NCBI RefSeq assembly: GCF_018977255.1
Contig: NW_024704742.1
Location: 84,632,001-84,696,000 of the forward strand
Direction: 5' to 3'
DNA: 64,000 nucleotides
Source: Callorhinchus milii
Lineage: Eukaryota
Under the pieces are notes generated by a model. The model searched no databases and was not told where the DNA came from. It saw only the letters and a program-made list of their open reading frames with translations. Both the position numbers and the translations under genes were made by a program. Positions 12,901 to 24,344 of this stretch are shown in pieces; position 1 is the first letter of the stretch; each line of letters opens with the position of its first letter.

Positions 12901-15900
12901 AGATTAATTTGATGACCTGATTTACAGGGAGGTTGTGCCAATGTAATTGTGTTTCTAACAACACAATATCGACAAGATTTGAAACCCTATTCAGGTAATT
13001 ATACAATCACATTACTGTTCTACAGCAATTAATTAGTGATTATTTTACACTATGTATGGTTGTGACTTTTTTTTCCAGATATCAAATGACATAAAATTAG
13101 CATCACAAGTAACTGAATTGGTTTAATTGTTGGGCATTACTATTGTTCTGAGTACATTAATACTGTGGCACTGACTGAGTTAAAAAATGAAGAATGAATA
13201 TTCAGCCTGGCAATGTCGGTCTAACTCAGTCAGTGAATGTGAGTTCAAGTCCCACGTCAGGACTTGGAGATCATAGTGCAGTGCAGGGCATGCACTACAT
13301 TGGAGGTGTCTTCATTTGGATGAGATGTTAACCGAGGACCCATTTGCTTTCAGGATGGGTGTTAAAAGATCCTGTCACTGAAGTAAACAACATCAGTGTA
13401 TTAAAGAGGAGACTTGATGAATACATGAGGGATAAGGGAGTAGAGGTCTGCAGGCGAAGGGAATAGGCATGGAGATTCATGCACAGTATAAAGACCAGTG
13501 TGTACTAGCTGGGCCGAATGCCCCGTTTCCGTGCGTATCACTCTACATAACTATTCAAAACACAGAAGGGAGTTTCTCCTGGCCGACAATCTACAGGATG
13601 ACCAAAAAGTTGTTTACTCTATAAATAAACTACTCTATTATCTAAAATATATACATATACACGTCATTTCTTTAAAACTTATTAGATATTGTAATGGTAT
13701 CACAACTTTTTGGTCACCCTGTATTTTTAAAAAGACTTGCACACTGCTAATAAAAATATATGTTGAAGACTGCCATCTGATTCTGCCTTAGTAATGGAGT
13801 CATTTCTGGTTTCTGACAGGTAAATTGATGAGTTGCCTGCTGAATGGTTTAACTGATCGTAGCAGTGTCATACAAAAAGCATTTGCTGTAGCAATTGGTC
13901 ATTTGGTTGGGGTAAGTCTCTGCACAACTAAGGAGTTACTTGACTTTGTGTTAAATAACAACATAAATTTTGAAGGTTTTTTAATGTTTGCCAAAATGCA
14001 GATGTTCATTATCATTAAGATGATGGATTATTGAACAATTAATATTATTTTGGGATGAAGCTAAATGGCTTTGCTAAATAATAATAATAATAATCCTTGC
14101 ATTTGATATAGCGCTTTTCACATCGGGAGGACGCCCCAAAGCGTTTCACAGAACACACTGTAAAGTGAATTGACTGTATATTTGTGGGCGAACGCGGCAG
14201 CCAATTGCGCATAGCAATGTCCCACAAACAGTCGTAGATTGAAAATGACCAATTTAATTATTGTTTTTGGAGGGATTATTATTAGGTGTGTTGAGTAAGG
14301 AAACTTGGCCAAGGTTTCGCGCTGCCTGGAATTGAACTCAGGTCTCTCGCTTGCAAAGCGAGTGCTCTAACCACTGAGGTACAGGACTCCACAACCTAAC
14401 CTTAAAAGAAAGTTTGGGGAAATGGACTTGCATGCATTAAGCATTGGATTGAGAGTTCACAAGTAAATTTAATTTGGAACACTTCAGCCATCTGAGAGAG
14501 GAGGCTTTGATCTCTTCCGTGTAGACTTGATTTAAGACTGTCCAAGTTTGTGGGATTATTCTCATGAACTATCCAGCTTCTAAGTATAAATTTTAATGGT
14601 CTTCTGCTCTAGGGATAGTGATTTTAAGTGTGAGTAAGATATCTGCCTATAGCTCTTGCAGCCTTGATTCATTCAATGCTGAAGATGATTGTTGAGACAC
14701 TTTGTCTCCAGAGGAACATTTTATCCTATGTATTTTCACAAAATGTATTTTCTTGGAATTAAGTATTTGTATCCATGTGTGTGGAAGTGCCAGTTTCTTT
14801 CTAATTTAATTTGTGTAGTTTATTCAGTAGACAGGGAATAGTAAACGTAACAACGATGTGCAATCCTGGACAATCCTCGTCAGGGCAAAATGTCTTCAAA
14901 AGAGTACCCTATGTGTGAATGTCTTCACTATGTATTATACAAATTCAGCCAGTTTTACGAACGATCAGAAAATGGTTTCTCATTGCCATACCCCAATTGA
15001 ATTTTTGGTGGTATAAGGAGTATAACGTCCACTTGCCACACAAAAGTAAACTCCACATACGTTATTGAAAACTCAAAAAGTGTGAGGAACAAGAGAAAAC
15101 CTGCCTCTGATAGGTTTTAAAAATATTTTTTAACCTCCAATTTATGGCTGTTTTAATACAACTATAAATTAAATTGATACTGAACTTGTTATTAAGACTA
15201 TTTTCAAAATCTGATGTCTTGCAAGTTAAATTATTGAAATTGTGTTAATCTTCATGTTAAATGTCAAACATTCCTGTCAATTTTACAGACGGCACGTGAC
15301 AGTAGTACTGAAAAGTTATTCCAGAAACTCAACATCTGGTATCTCGAAAAAGATGGTAAGTGCATGTTCAATGGTTTGTGTTGGTTTAAGAGCAATTCAT
15401 ATAAAAGAAAAATATGGATTAATGGTTACAAAATATATAATGCACTATATAGGCATTACACTATAGTTTTTTTGTTAGTGTTCTTTGTTTATAATAGATT
15501 TAGTTTCTCTATTTAGTTGCTCCACCAATGTAAAGTAAAGATGACTGAAACATTTTTCACTTCAGGCTACAGTTAAAAGTTTAAGACCAGATTGTTTTGA
15601 TGAGGCTGATAAGGAATGTGATTAAGTAATACCTTTCTTTAGTTTCAGATTTTTCTTTCTTTTTGAAATGAGTTTCCTCAAAAAGGTTGCCAGTGGTTTC
15701 TGGGAGCAAATCGCATGCATACTGTACTAGTGTCATCCTTCCTGAGCCAATTACTAGAGTTTGTACCACAAATATAAATACTCTCATAAAATTTCACTCA
15801 TTACAAGGTGGTTGAGTTGTAACACCCTTCTCTCCCACAGTATATATAGCCCTGGTGTTCTGTGGATGTGTGTGTCCCAAGACCTAAACCTATTGCTTGA

Positions 15901-18900
15901 TTACGGAAACTCCCTCCTCATCAGCCTTCTGAACGCTTCCCTTCACAAACTGCAGATCATCCAAAACTCTGCAGCTCGTGTCCTCTCGTGCACCAGGCTC
16001 CACAACCACATCACTACCACCCTCGCCCGATTCCACTGACTCCCCGTCCCCCAGAGGATCAAGTTCAAGATCCTCGTCCTCACCTTTAAGGCCATCCATG
16101 GCCTTGCCCTCTCCTACCTCTCTGACCTGCTGACTCCCTCCCAACCTGCCCGCTCCCTCCATTCAGCGGACTCCGGCCTGCTTCATGTCTCCCGCCCGAC
16201 CCGACCTATCATTGGTGGCCGGGCTTTCAGCCTCTCTGCCCCCACACTCTGGAACTCCATCCCACGGTCTCTTCGCCTCACTTCCTCCCTCGCATCTGTC
16301 AAGGCCGGTCTCAAGGCCCTTCTCTTTGACCGTGCCTTTGGTCTCCTTCCCTCACCCCCTACACCACCCCTTCCCCATGCTCGGATCCCGACAGCTGACT
16401 GTTCAGCGCTTTGGGATGTCTTCCCGGCGTGAAAGGCACTCTATAAATGTAATTTTGTTGTTGTATTGGGAAATAACCGGGAGAATAAATTATCTTAATG
16501 CTTGATTACAGCAAAGTAGAGTCTCATTGATTTTTTAAAAAATTCAACCAAATAGAAGTTAAGTAACTATCAATCAGTTGATTTGAGACATTTGCTATTG
16601 TCTTAATTTGCCACTTTGTATTTTTATAGAGCAAGTATACAAATCAGGGTGTGCTCTAACAGTCCATGCTATTGGACACTACAGCCCAGATGTGCTTAAG
16701 AACCATGCTGTGGTGGCTCTGCCTCTTGCATTTCTTGGAATGCATGAAATCGCTGATGACGAGAAAGTAGAAACTTCTGAATCTGAGTTGTGGACGGAAG
16801 TGTGGCAAGACCACGTACCTGGTAAGTTAAGCATTATTCATGGAAGATTTACATCTTAAAATCTGTGTGTGCTGTACACCTTTGGGGAAAACCACACACA
16901 AACATCTCATCTCACACAGGTTATGATGAACCTTTATAAAACACTGGTTAGGCCTCAACTAGAGTTCTGGCCACCACACTTTAGGAAGGATGTCAAGTCA
17001 TTGGAGAGGGTGCAAAGGAGATTTACCAGGATTGTACCAGGAATGAGGAAATTCAGTTATCAGGAGAGGCTTCCTTGGAGAGAAAGTTAAGAGGAGACTT
17101 AATAGAACTTTTCAAAATTTTGACAGGGTGAATAAGGAGAAACTATTTCCACTGGCGGGTGGGTCAGTAACCCGAGGACACCGATTTAAAATAGTTGTTA
17201 AAAGAAATGGGAGGTGAGGAGAAATTTTTTCACATAATGAGTTGTTTGGATCTGGAATGCATTGCCTGAAAGGGTAGTGGAAGCCGATTCGATAACAGAT
17301 TTGAAGAGAGAAGTAGCTAATTATTTGGGGAGGACAAGTTTGCAGGGCTATGGGAAGAGTGCGGGGGAGTGGGATTGAATTGGATAGCTCTTTTCAAAGA
17401 GCCAGCACAGACCCGATGGGCCGAATGGCCTCCTTCTGTACTGTATGATTCTATGATACTCAATCACTTCTTTTTCACTCTTTTACTTTCCATTTTCTAA
17501 TTTAATCCCGTGGACTTTCTTTTTCATGTTGATTTGCTTAATTGCCTCCTAGCATTTAAATTAGCATCTAGTTTTGGTTTGAGCAGCATAATTGTTTAAT
17601 AGTGTTTACGTGAGTGATTAAAGCGATCTAATATTTTACTTTCTGTTTGCACTGACAATTTAATGCCCACATTTTTGTTGCAGGTAGTTTTGGCGGAATC
17701 AGACTATACATGCCAGAATTAATAGGTATTACGCAGAAGGCACTGCAGTCTCAGTCATGGAAGATGAAATCACAGGGAGCTTCTGCAATGGCATCCATTG
17801 CCAAACAGCAAACTGGCTCACTGGTCCCGCCACATTTAGGAATGATATTGAATGCACTTTTGCAAGGAATGTCGGGTCGCACATGGGCAGGAAAGGTAAA
17901 TGCACAAATAAATAGGCTTTGCCTTTGATCTAGCACTTTTCACATTGAGAACCTCTCAAAGCACTGCACAGGATTTACTGTAAAGTACAATTACTTTGTA
18001 GGCAAACACGGCAGCCAATTTGCACACAGCAGGGCCCCACAAACTGCCATTAAGTGAATGACCATTTTTTTATGTGGAAAAAACTTTTCTTTCATAGTGT
18101 CATGGGATCTTTAATCTGGTATCCCAGATACTGGTATCCCACTCCGGGACACTTCACTGTGTGAAAGGCGCTATATAAATGCAAGTTATTGTTGTTAAAT
18201 ATATTTTGTGCTACTGCTGGAGCAGAGCCAGCTAACCCATATAGCCTGTGCCATTGAGAGCGATGTCTGGCAAACTACCTGCTGCTTGTCCAGCTAGGAA
18301 CACCCAACCATTAGGGCTTGGGCTTACAAGGTTAACTGGAGCTGAGTGGTACGAATCCCTGCTCCCAGTGACCAGCCTACCCTCCCAAGTCCTGTTGATC
18401 AACCAGGCTGCTTGGCGCTCTAGCCCAGTTATTCAAAATATATATAATGTGGCTTTCACATTAGGAGGACATCTCAAAGCTCTCAAATCAACCTTAATAA
18501 AGCATTAAACTTATTGATTTTGCAATGTAGGTGATAGTTGTCAGAAAAAATATACAGATTTACACAGATTCACATCCTCCAATTAAGAAGACTAGGGTTA
18601 CTAGAAGAGACCCAGCATTATTCAAATAAACATTTCAGATGAGCCAAAATTACTGTAACCACAGCCATGTTTGTTCTTTCAGGAGGAGCTATTGAAAGCT
18701 GTTGCCAGTGTGGTGACTGCATGCAGGTAAATATCAAAGAAGCATGATATTACTATCATTTAATTTCAAGTTTGCAATTTTATTTGATGCAAGAATTCAA
18801 CAATTAATACACTGCATAAATATCATGCAAGATCGCATTATTAGTTCTGAAGAATTAAGAGTTTCTATGTGCATTAGGTAATTTGTGTTGTGTACTGGCC

Positions 18901-21900
18901 TCATTTTGTCTTGAATTTTGTTTCTAGTGCAGAGCTGCAGAAAAGTGTGCCTGACCAACCCAGCATAGACACCGTCATTCAGGTTATATTGAAAGAGTGT
19001 CGTAAAGAAAATCTCCAGTACAAGATAGTGGCTTTAAAGTCGGTTGCCAATATATTGCAGGCTACAAAAGAGGATCACTTTCAAGAAATGGCAGATATTC
19101 TGTTTCCAGTAATAAAAAAGGTATTCTTTTATTCAAGGCCTTAGATAAAGTAGCAGAACAGCAAACTCCTATTGAGGTGGTATCTTGATGATCACAAAGG
19201 GTTAAAAGATTTTACTGGTGTCCTAACTAAAAGAGGTACAGCACTCGCCCTTATCTATCAAAACGGTCTCTGCATGCTAAATGTAGGTGTCATTGAAAAA
19301 ACTAGCATCCAATCATCAAACACATTAACACTACTTTTAGATTACATTCTTGAGTCCCAAAGCTTTCTTTAAAAAGTGGTGGATTTGAATGTGCTTAGGC
19401 TTATAACAATACAATACTAAATACAATACACATTATATAACACCATTCGCATTGAGGCCATCTCAAGATACTTGACAGTCCTGGCAGGGGTTCAGAGCTG
19501 GGGGTGGAGGGGAAGGTTGATCAAAGTAGCGGTTACTAATTAGAGAAGTAAAATTGAATTGAAAAAAATTGAGGACCATTGTTGAATGGAAACATTTTTG
19601 TTTTTAGAGTTCTCCCGCTGCAGGAACACCAATGGAAGAAAGTGAGGACGAAGATCATAAGGAGAAGGAGCTACAAATGGAATATCTGCTTTGTGCTTTT
19701 GAAACTCTTGGCAAAGCATGGCCCGCAACTCCAACAATACAAGGTTAGACTGCAAAATTAATCTTTAAAAATGTTAATAATGCAGGTAATAAGCCAGCTA
19801 TTCCTTCTGACTAGCGCAAGGCCCAAACATGAATGCGATCCAATCTCTCTGTCAGGTTAATTGTCACAAAAGAAAGATTCCCAATGAATTCTGCTTTTTC
19901 AGGGCTATTTACACAAATTTACAAATGGTTAAAAATATGTGGTCTTGCTATAGAGGATGCAATGCATAATGATATTAGAGATGATAACTTCTGAGCACGT
20001 TGTAAATTATTTTGGAAAATGTGTAATTTGGTCATTGCTTGTGAGAGACTTCAGGAGCTGTTTCGTGATTACTTTGTATACTGTTCTTCAGCACAATCAC
20101 TGACTTTACTGTACTTGTCAATGGAACAGCTAGTTTGCCCATTTCCACTTTCCAAATTCTGTGTGCTCGTATAATAACCAAGGAAAATGTAAAAATGGTA
20201 GCATTGTCTCGTGGCTGAATTATATAATTTATGGCCATTTTGTTTATAAAATCCTGTGAGATCTTGTAGCTTTACAGTCCACTTTACAATATTTCTTCAT
20301 TAAACTCTACAACTTTCTCCTTCTATGTTGCATACAGAAGATGTTATATTAATGTGATCATCAAAATGCTGTACTTGTTCTCTCTGCAGCTCAATACCGT
20401 TTAGAATTGTGCCATTTAATGTGTGAAAGGTTAAAGCTGAGCACATGGAGAGTTCAGCTGGGAGTACTCCAAGCCATGAATGCCTACTTTCAAGGGTAAA
20501 ATGTTTTTATATACACACAGTTAATTTCAAAACAGGCAATTTCTACTTTAAGACCAAGTGTTATAAAGAGTTCGTTAACAAATAATTATTCCTACAGATT
20601 ATTGCTCCTGAACAAGGAAAACAAAGAGACAAGTGAGTTAACCGAAATCCTTAAGGATACCTGCTCAGCTCTCACATTTCCATTGGGTGAGTTAAACAAT
20701 TAGCAGATTTGCTTGCTATAAACTTTATTTAAAAAGAGGAACAAACACTAACAAAAAAAAATTTTTTCATTCTTTTTCAAGAAAATAAGAGCTACTCTTC
20801 AGTCAGGGCGGAGGCTTTATTGATAGTTGAATTACTATTTACCAAACTGGAAGGTAAGCAGTTTAAAGTGTTTCAAACACTGGACTAACAGTCTTTGTAC
20901 AGTTCTTTTTCACTGTATTTCTTTCTTGCACTTGTATTGAATTTAAAATCCAGCTTTATTGCATTGCAACTCTTAACTTCTCTTAGAAGCACCCACACAA
21001 GTAAAATAAAACTTGAGCATAGGGAAGGTGTAGCGGGAAAAAAATAAATATAATCCTGGGGTTTGGATACCCGCCTTTGAATTCCATCATTATAGGAAGA
21101 AGAGTAAGCCGTTTGCCTATTGAGCACTTACCATCATTTTATTAGCTCACATCTTTATCTTTTCATCCCATTTCCCTCCTTTTTTTCCATGTTCTTTAAT
21201 ATCTGAATAAATCTAAACTTGCTTATTTTTATCTGTTTTTAGAGCTTTTCTGCCTGTGAAGCACTTTGAAATGTTTTAACCTTAAATACAAGGATTATTA
21301 TCGTGGTTCATTTTACACACATTCCTGTTGTTTTCAGTATCAATTTGGTTGACCAGATTTGGCTGATTTGGTATTATATATATTATATGATATATATATT
21401 ATGATATATATGATATATATATATATATATATTATATGATATATATAAAAATTGTATGCCTCTGGTTATCTACTCCTACTCCCCACCTTCCACTCTGCTC
21501 AGGCACTCACTGCATCTTCGAGTAATTTGAAACATTTTCCAACATGAAAGGCATGATAGAAGTCCCAAGTTGTTTAAATAGACTAAAATTTAAAGAGGTT
21601 CATTTGCATCTGAAAGACGTATGTTTTCATTTTTTTTATGTTGACTTGTGTCCTGGCCATCAAGTCATCCAGATAAAATTGGTCATTGATTCCGTCAGCC
21701 ACGTATTGGAGCCGTGCAGTGCATAAAATACATAAACTATCATGTTAACCGATAAAATAGTCACTACACTTGGCAATATTTACTGAAAAATGCTTTGAGA
21801 CATGAAGAGATGCTACAAGAATGCATGTTTTCTCATGTTAACTTAAATTAATTTAACATTTTTTAGCGTCCGCTCAGTGGGCAACATTGACATCTGAAAA

Positions 21901-22006
21901 GAGGAACTTGCTTCTCAGATCCCTGGAGACCATGGATTCAGACAATCGACCAGAACTGAAAGACAAGGCCGCACAGCTCAAGAAACAGCTTAAAAACCTC
22001 CCATAA
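799..22006 (+). CDS. ECPAS: Proteasome adapter and scaffold protein ECM29, 3' part (25 exons in window, ~914 codons incl. stop; 5' part lies upstream of the window)
   Basis: Spliced exons with AG/GT boundaries and consistent phases give ECM29-typical peptides ([89 protein letters not shown]). Stop TAA at 22004-22006. Confidence 0.96.
1344..1398 (+). CDS. ECPAS: ECPAS exon
   Basis: cag|TCT...GATG|gtaagt; [18 protein letters not shown]. Confidence 0.92.
1527..1745 (+). mobile_element. Old tRNA-derived Deu-domain SINE (SacSINE/AmnSINE-like), degenerate
   Basis: gtggctcagttggta...gagtcagaaggttgt head and atgagatgttaaactaaggtcctgtttgcctc; similar copies at ~13222-13375, ~40159-40410, 42419-42832, ~28211-28425(-). 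Confidence 0.65.
1882..2272 (-). mobile_element. L2 LINE 3' fragment
   Basis: [35 protein letters not shown] peptide; close relative of the copy at 49104-49492. Confidence 0.85.
2689..2803 (+). CDS. ECPAS: ECPAS exon
   Basis: cag|AG...AAAAG|gtaagc; [38 protein letters not shown]. Confidence 0.93.
3083..3718 (+). mobile_element. CR1 LINE 3' fragment
   Basis: [16 protein letters not shown]...[22 protein letters not shown] peptide; attctatg tail. Confidence 0.88.
4039..4107 (+). CDS. ECPAS: ECPAS exon
   Basis: tag|G...GATGG|gtaaga; [22 protein letters not shown]. Confidence 0.9.
5177..5294 (+). CDS. ECPAS: ECPAS exon
   Basis: cag|ACAG...AAG|gtaaat; [39 protein letters not shown]. Confidence 0.94.
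5451..5618 (+). CDS. ECPAS: ECPAS exon
   Basis: cag|GGT...GCT|gtaagt; [56 protein letters not shown]. Confidence 0.94.
6148..6227 (+). CDS. ECPAS: ECPAS exon
   Basis: cag|ACA...TCCAG|gtattt; [26 protein letters not shown]. Confidence 0.92.
6322..6770 (-). mobile_element. L2 LINE 3' fragment (diverged)
   Basis: (AAC)n tail on +; homologous to the other L2 3' ends. Confidence 0.75.
7280..7470. repeat. Long imperfect inverted repeat (foldback) centred at ~7375
   Basis: Arms 7333-7370 and 7381-7417 are near-perfect reverse complements; degenerate symmetry extends to gggaag(7280)/cttccc(7470). Confidence 0.85.
7685..7790 (+). CDS. ECPAS: ECPAS exon
   Basis: tag|T...AAG|gtacac; [35 protein letters not shown]. 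Confidence 0.93.
7991..8038 (+). CDS. ECPAS: ECPAS exon
   Basis: cag|GAG...AAG|gtaagt; [16 protein letters not shown]. Confidence 0.92.
8120..8347 (+). mobile_element. tRNA-derived SINE (long subfamily), 5' part, interrupted by L2; remainder at ~9229-9324
   Basis: ggagtcccgtagcatagtggatagcgcactcgcctcacaagcgag head, then ttgggcaagtttcc...gcctctgtttacctag. Confidence 0.85.
8348..9210 (-). mobile_element. L2 LINE 3' ~860 bp, young copy
   Basis: Nearly identical to 171-753 in opposite orientation (shared ORF-track peptides); (AAC)n tail on +. Confidence 0.9.
9417..9538 (+). CDS. ECPAS: ECPAS exon
   Basis: tag|GTG...CAGAG|gtatgt; [40 protein letters not shown]. Confidence 0.92.
9569..9625 (+). 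mobile_element. hAT-like DNA transposon end fragment
   Basis: cagtggtggccaacc terminal-like motif; similar motif at 36652 (cattggtggccaacctgtggc); no partner TIR found. Confidence 0.4.
10320..10470 (+). mobile_element. Degenerate L2 RT fragment
   Basis: [25 protein letters not shown] peptide resembles the RT region preceding YADD in the long copy at 33190-35815. Confidence 0.65.
11124..11274 (+). CDS. ECPAS: ECPAS exon
   Basis: tag|T...AAG|gtaaag; [50 protein letters not shown]. Confidence 0.93.
11377..11442 (+). CDS. ECPAS: ECPAS exon
   Basis: cag|ACT...ATG|gtaggt; [22 protein letters not shown]. Confidence 0.93.
11593..11720 (+). mobile_element. Penelope-like terminal repeat fragment with hammerhead-like motif
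   Basis: ttctgacgatgggtcatggactcaaaacggtgactc...agatactgcctgacctgctgag; second copy at 54365-54498(-). Confidence 0.6.
11925..12014 (+). CDS. ECPAS: ECPAS exon
   Basis: tag|TGT...AAA|gtgagt; [30 protein letters not shown]. Confidence 0.93.
12928..12994 (+). CDS. ECPAS: ECPAS exon
   Basis: cag|GGA...TCAG|gtaatt; [22 protein letters not shown]. Confidence 0.91.
13820..13911 (+). CDS. ECPAS: ECPAS exon
   Basis: cag|GT...GGG|gtaagt; [30 protein letters not shown]. Confidence 0.92.
14077..14392 (-). mobile_element. tRNA-derived SINE (short subfamily), full length
   Basis: tRNA-like head, tgcgcaattggctgccgcgttcgcc block, L2-like tail, (TTA)n. Confidence 0.88.
15289..15355 (+). CDS. ECPAS: ECPAS exon
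   Basis: cag|ACG...GATG|gtaagt; [22 protein letters not shown]. Confidence 0.91.
15895..16465 (+). mobile_element. L2 LINE 3' fragment
   Basis: [29 protein letters not shown] peptide; cgtgaaaggcactctataaatgtaattttgttg tail. Confidence 0.88.
16630..16821 (+). CDS. ECPAS: ECPAS exon
   Basis: tag|AG...CCTG|gtaagt; [39 protein letters not shown]...[10 protein letters not shown]. Confidence 0.93.
16918..17458 (+). mobile_element. CR1 LINE 3' fragment
   Basis: [37 protein letters not shown] peptide; atgattctatga tail. Confidence 0.88.
17684..17895 (+). CDS. ECPAS: ECPAS exon
   Basis: cag|GT...AAG|gtaaat; [31 protein letters not shown]...GRTWAGK. Confidence 0.94.
18683..18726 (+). CDS. ECPAS: ECPAS exon
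   Basis: cag|GAG...TGCAG|gtaaat; [14 protein letters not shown]. Confidence 0.91.
18928..19120 (+). CDS. ECPAS: ECPAS exon
   Basis: tag|T...AAG|gtattc; [36 protein letters not shown]...FPVIKK. Confidence 0.92.
19608..19743 (+). CDS. ECPAS: ECPAS exon
   Basis: tag|AGT...CAAG|gttaga; [45 protein letters not shown]. Confidence 0.9.
20390..20495 (+). CDS. ECPAS: ECPAS exon
   Basis: cag|CT...CAAGG|gtaaaa; [34 protein letters not shown]. Confidence 0.92.
20598..20686 (+). CDS. ECPAS: ECPAS exon
   Basis: cag|A...TTGG|gtgagt; [29 protein letters not shown]. Confidence 0.88.
20782..20853 (+). CDS. ECPAS: ECPAS exon
   Basis: aag|AA...GAAG|gtaagc; [23 protein letters not shown]. Confidence 0.9.
21373..21447. 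repeat. AT-rich microsatellite
   Basis: Interrupted (AT)n/(ATG) array. Confidence 0.85.
21867..22006 (+). CDS. ECPAS: ECPAS last coding exon
   Basis: tag|CG...[51 protein letters not shown]. Confidence 0.9.
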
Positions 22007-24277
22007 GCTTGCAACTGTTTGTATTCTTCAACAGGGTAACTTCAGCTGAAGATCTGTGACCAAAATGTGGGTCCAGTTTGGACACCTAAGATCTTGTTTG
22101 CGTTGTCAGGTAGACCTGTTCTAGAGTATGACAAAAATGCTGAATCTTCTGCTTAGAAGAAGTGCTAGTATGGTGAATTCCGTATTCAAATGTGGGTGTT
22201 TGTGTGTTAAATTTAGTCACATTACGCAGATTATCCTGTATCTGCATCAGATGCGAACTATATCTATGCATCTTGTTTTGTCTTCCTCCAGTGAAATGAA
22301 GAGCTAAGAAATCTGAGGGTAAGGTCATGGAATGTTTATTGTGATGCATGGTTCAAATACAGTAGATGGTTCAGAATTGGAGGGGTGGTGCACCCAGCTG
22401 TACTGAAGTAATCAATTCAACTGAAATAGTTCAGTTCACTTCAGTTTAGTTGACACAAAGCAGAATATTAAAGTTAAACTTTAGCCTGTTATGTTGCAGT
22501 TTGAAGACGTGTAGATTGTGTTCAGGTTTATAAGATCTGGCATCCCACTGTGCAAGGTACATTGTGCCTACATTTTAATAGGTCATTCTGCACTGCCATT
22601 CAAATGGCATGATGTATATCAGACATTATAACTTGTACTGGTTCCTGCATTTTTAATGTACTTAAAGGAGTAAGAGTCAAAGTTTATCCTGTCTGAGGTG
22701 TGCATGTAAAGTGCACCAGAAAGCAGTTCATCTATTAACTCTCATAGGGGTAGATGCAGAGTCTGATGTGTTAACCATATGGACTTCTTGTCTATTCAGC
22801 AGAATAAGAATTGGCAACATCTATTCCATACCCATATTTTTTCTTCTTTTTAACTTTTTATTGAGTTGAATTTCTTCATAATATTGTCGAGTTCTGTAGA
22901 AACAAGAAATCCATTGTTCTTCATTATATAACCCTTTTTGCCGTGCTGGCTTTCTTCATTATGTTGCTTGTTTATAAAGTGGAAGTGGTATCACCCAATA
23001 GTTATTTTAAGTAGTTCTGCATCCTGACATACACTTTGTAGACTTGTTTTGAGTTTCAGGGAACTGAAGAGCTAACAGTTTTCACACTTGTCTAATAAGT
23101 AAAGATTTTGTTGGAGGTGTTTGAAAATGCAATGATTGTTTAAAGAACCACGAGCAAATTATCAAAATTTTTGCACATATCCTTAATGCACTCTTCTTTC
23201 CATACATGTCTCAAATTTGCCAATAAATACTTTAGGGCATCTCATATTCAATTGTATTTTAATGGTTTTATTCAGATTATACTGTATTCTTAACCAAATA
23301 AATCACACCTCATGTTTTAGCGACCTACTTTAAAAGAATTCTTAAAATGCTGCAAATTAATTTTTCAAAGCCAACTAAGACAATAAATACCAGTCTTGAG
23401 AGTAGTTGTTTTTTTAAACTAGAACACGGACAGATTCTGATAACATGCACAGCTATAGAAGGAATTCTGCATTGTTTCTTTACCAGCTCATTTTCGAACG
23501 TCAGTGCAGTAGTTTAGAATGGTGATACCTATTCTTCGATAATTTGAATGTGCTACCGATTCGGGATTAATCAGAAAAGCATCTCCACAATGATAAATAG
23601 ATTTTTTTAATATAATTTTAAAACCTGGCTTAGTCTATAGGTACACTTTGCAAATGTTTTTTAAATTCCAGAAGGAATGATATTGAAACATAGCTGGAAA
23701 TTTCCTTCCGAAACGTTTCCCGTCAAATTAATAGTCCTTGTAATTCTTAAGTGAAGTAGTAGAACGTTTGGCTCCAGCACTGTTTGTGGTTCAAATCCAC
23801 CCGCCTCAGTTGGATTGTTGTAGTTGGGTCACAAAGAAGATTTTAGCTGGGACATCAGACAGAAATGAAAGGTTCCCAAGAGAATGGAAACTAATGACTC
23901 GACTTGTGCTCCTTGAATTGTGCTCGTACATCAGATGATGATCACCATTGCTGTTCTGTACAGTGTGGAGAATTGCAGCCTGACTGCCTCCCCTCCTGGT
24001 GGGTGTCTGATGGCAGATGGTCTGGACATTGTTTTTGTCTTTCGGTTAAATTATCTTTTTTTTTCAGTGCAGTTCTTTTGCGTACCTGTATTGAGTATAG
24101 ATTTATAACTGATACCAAACTGACTTTACTATTGTACAGTAAATGGCAATGTGTTTATTTTCTTGACTGAAATGTCATTTAAGGATGCTTTGCTTTTTAG
24201 AATTCTTGATGGTTTTGAAAGAAATGTGAAAAACAGTTGTCTCACTTTATTGCTCCACAGACAGTGGTGGTGTCACG

Positions 24278-24286
24278 CACACACAC

Positions 24287-24342
<56 letters not shown>
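24278..24342. repeat. (CA)n microsatellite
   Basis: About 30 CA units with one GC interruption. Confidence 0.95.

Positions 24343-24344
<2 letters not shown>

Noticed and set aside
19121..19607. Donor GTATTCTTT resembling the U12-type GTATCCTTT
   Set aside because: Mismatch at the diagnostic +5 position and no TCCTTAAC branch site near the acceptor; treated as an ordinary U2 intron.
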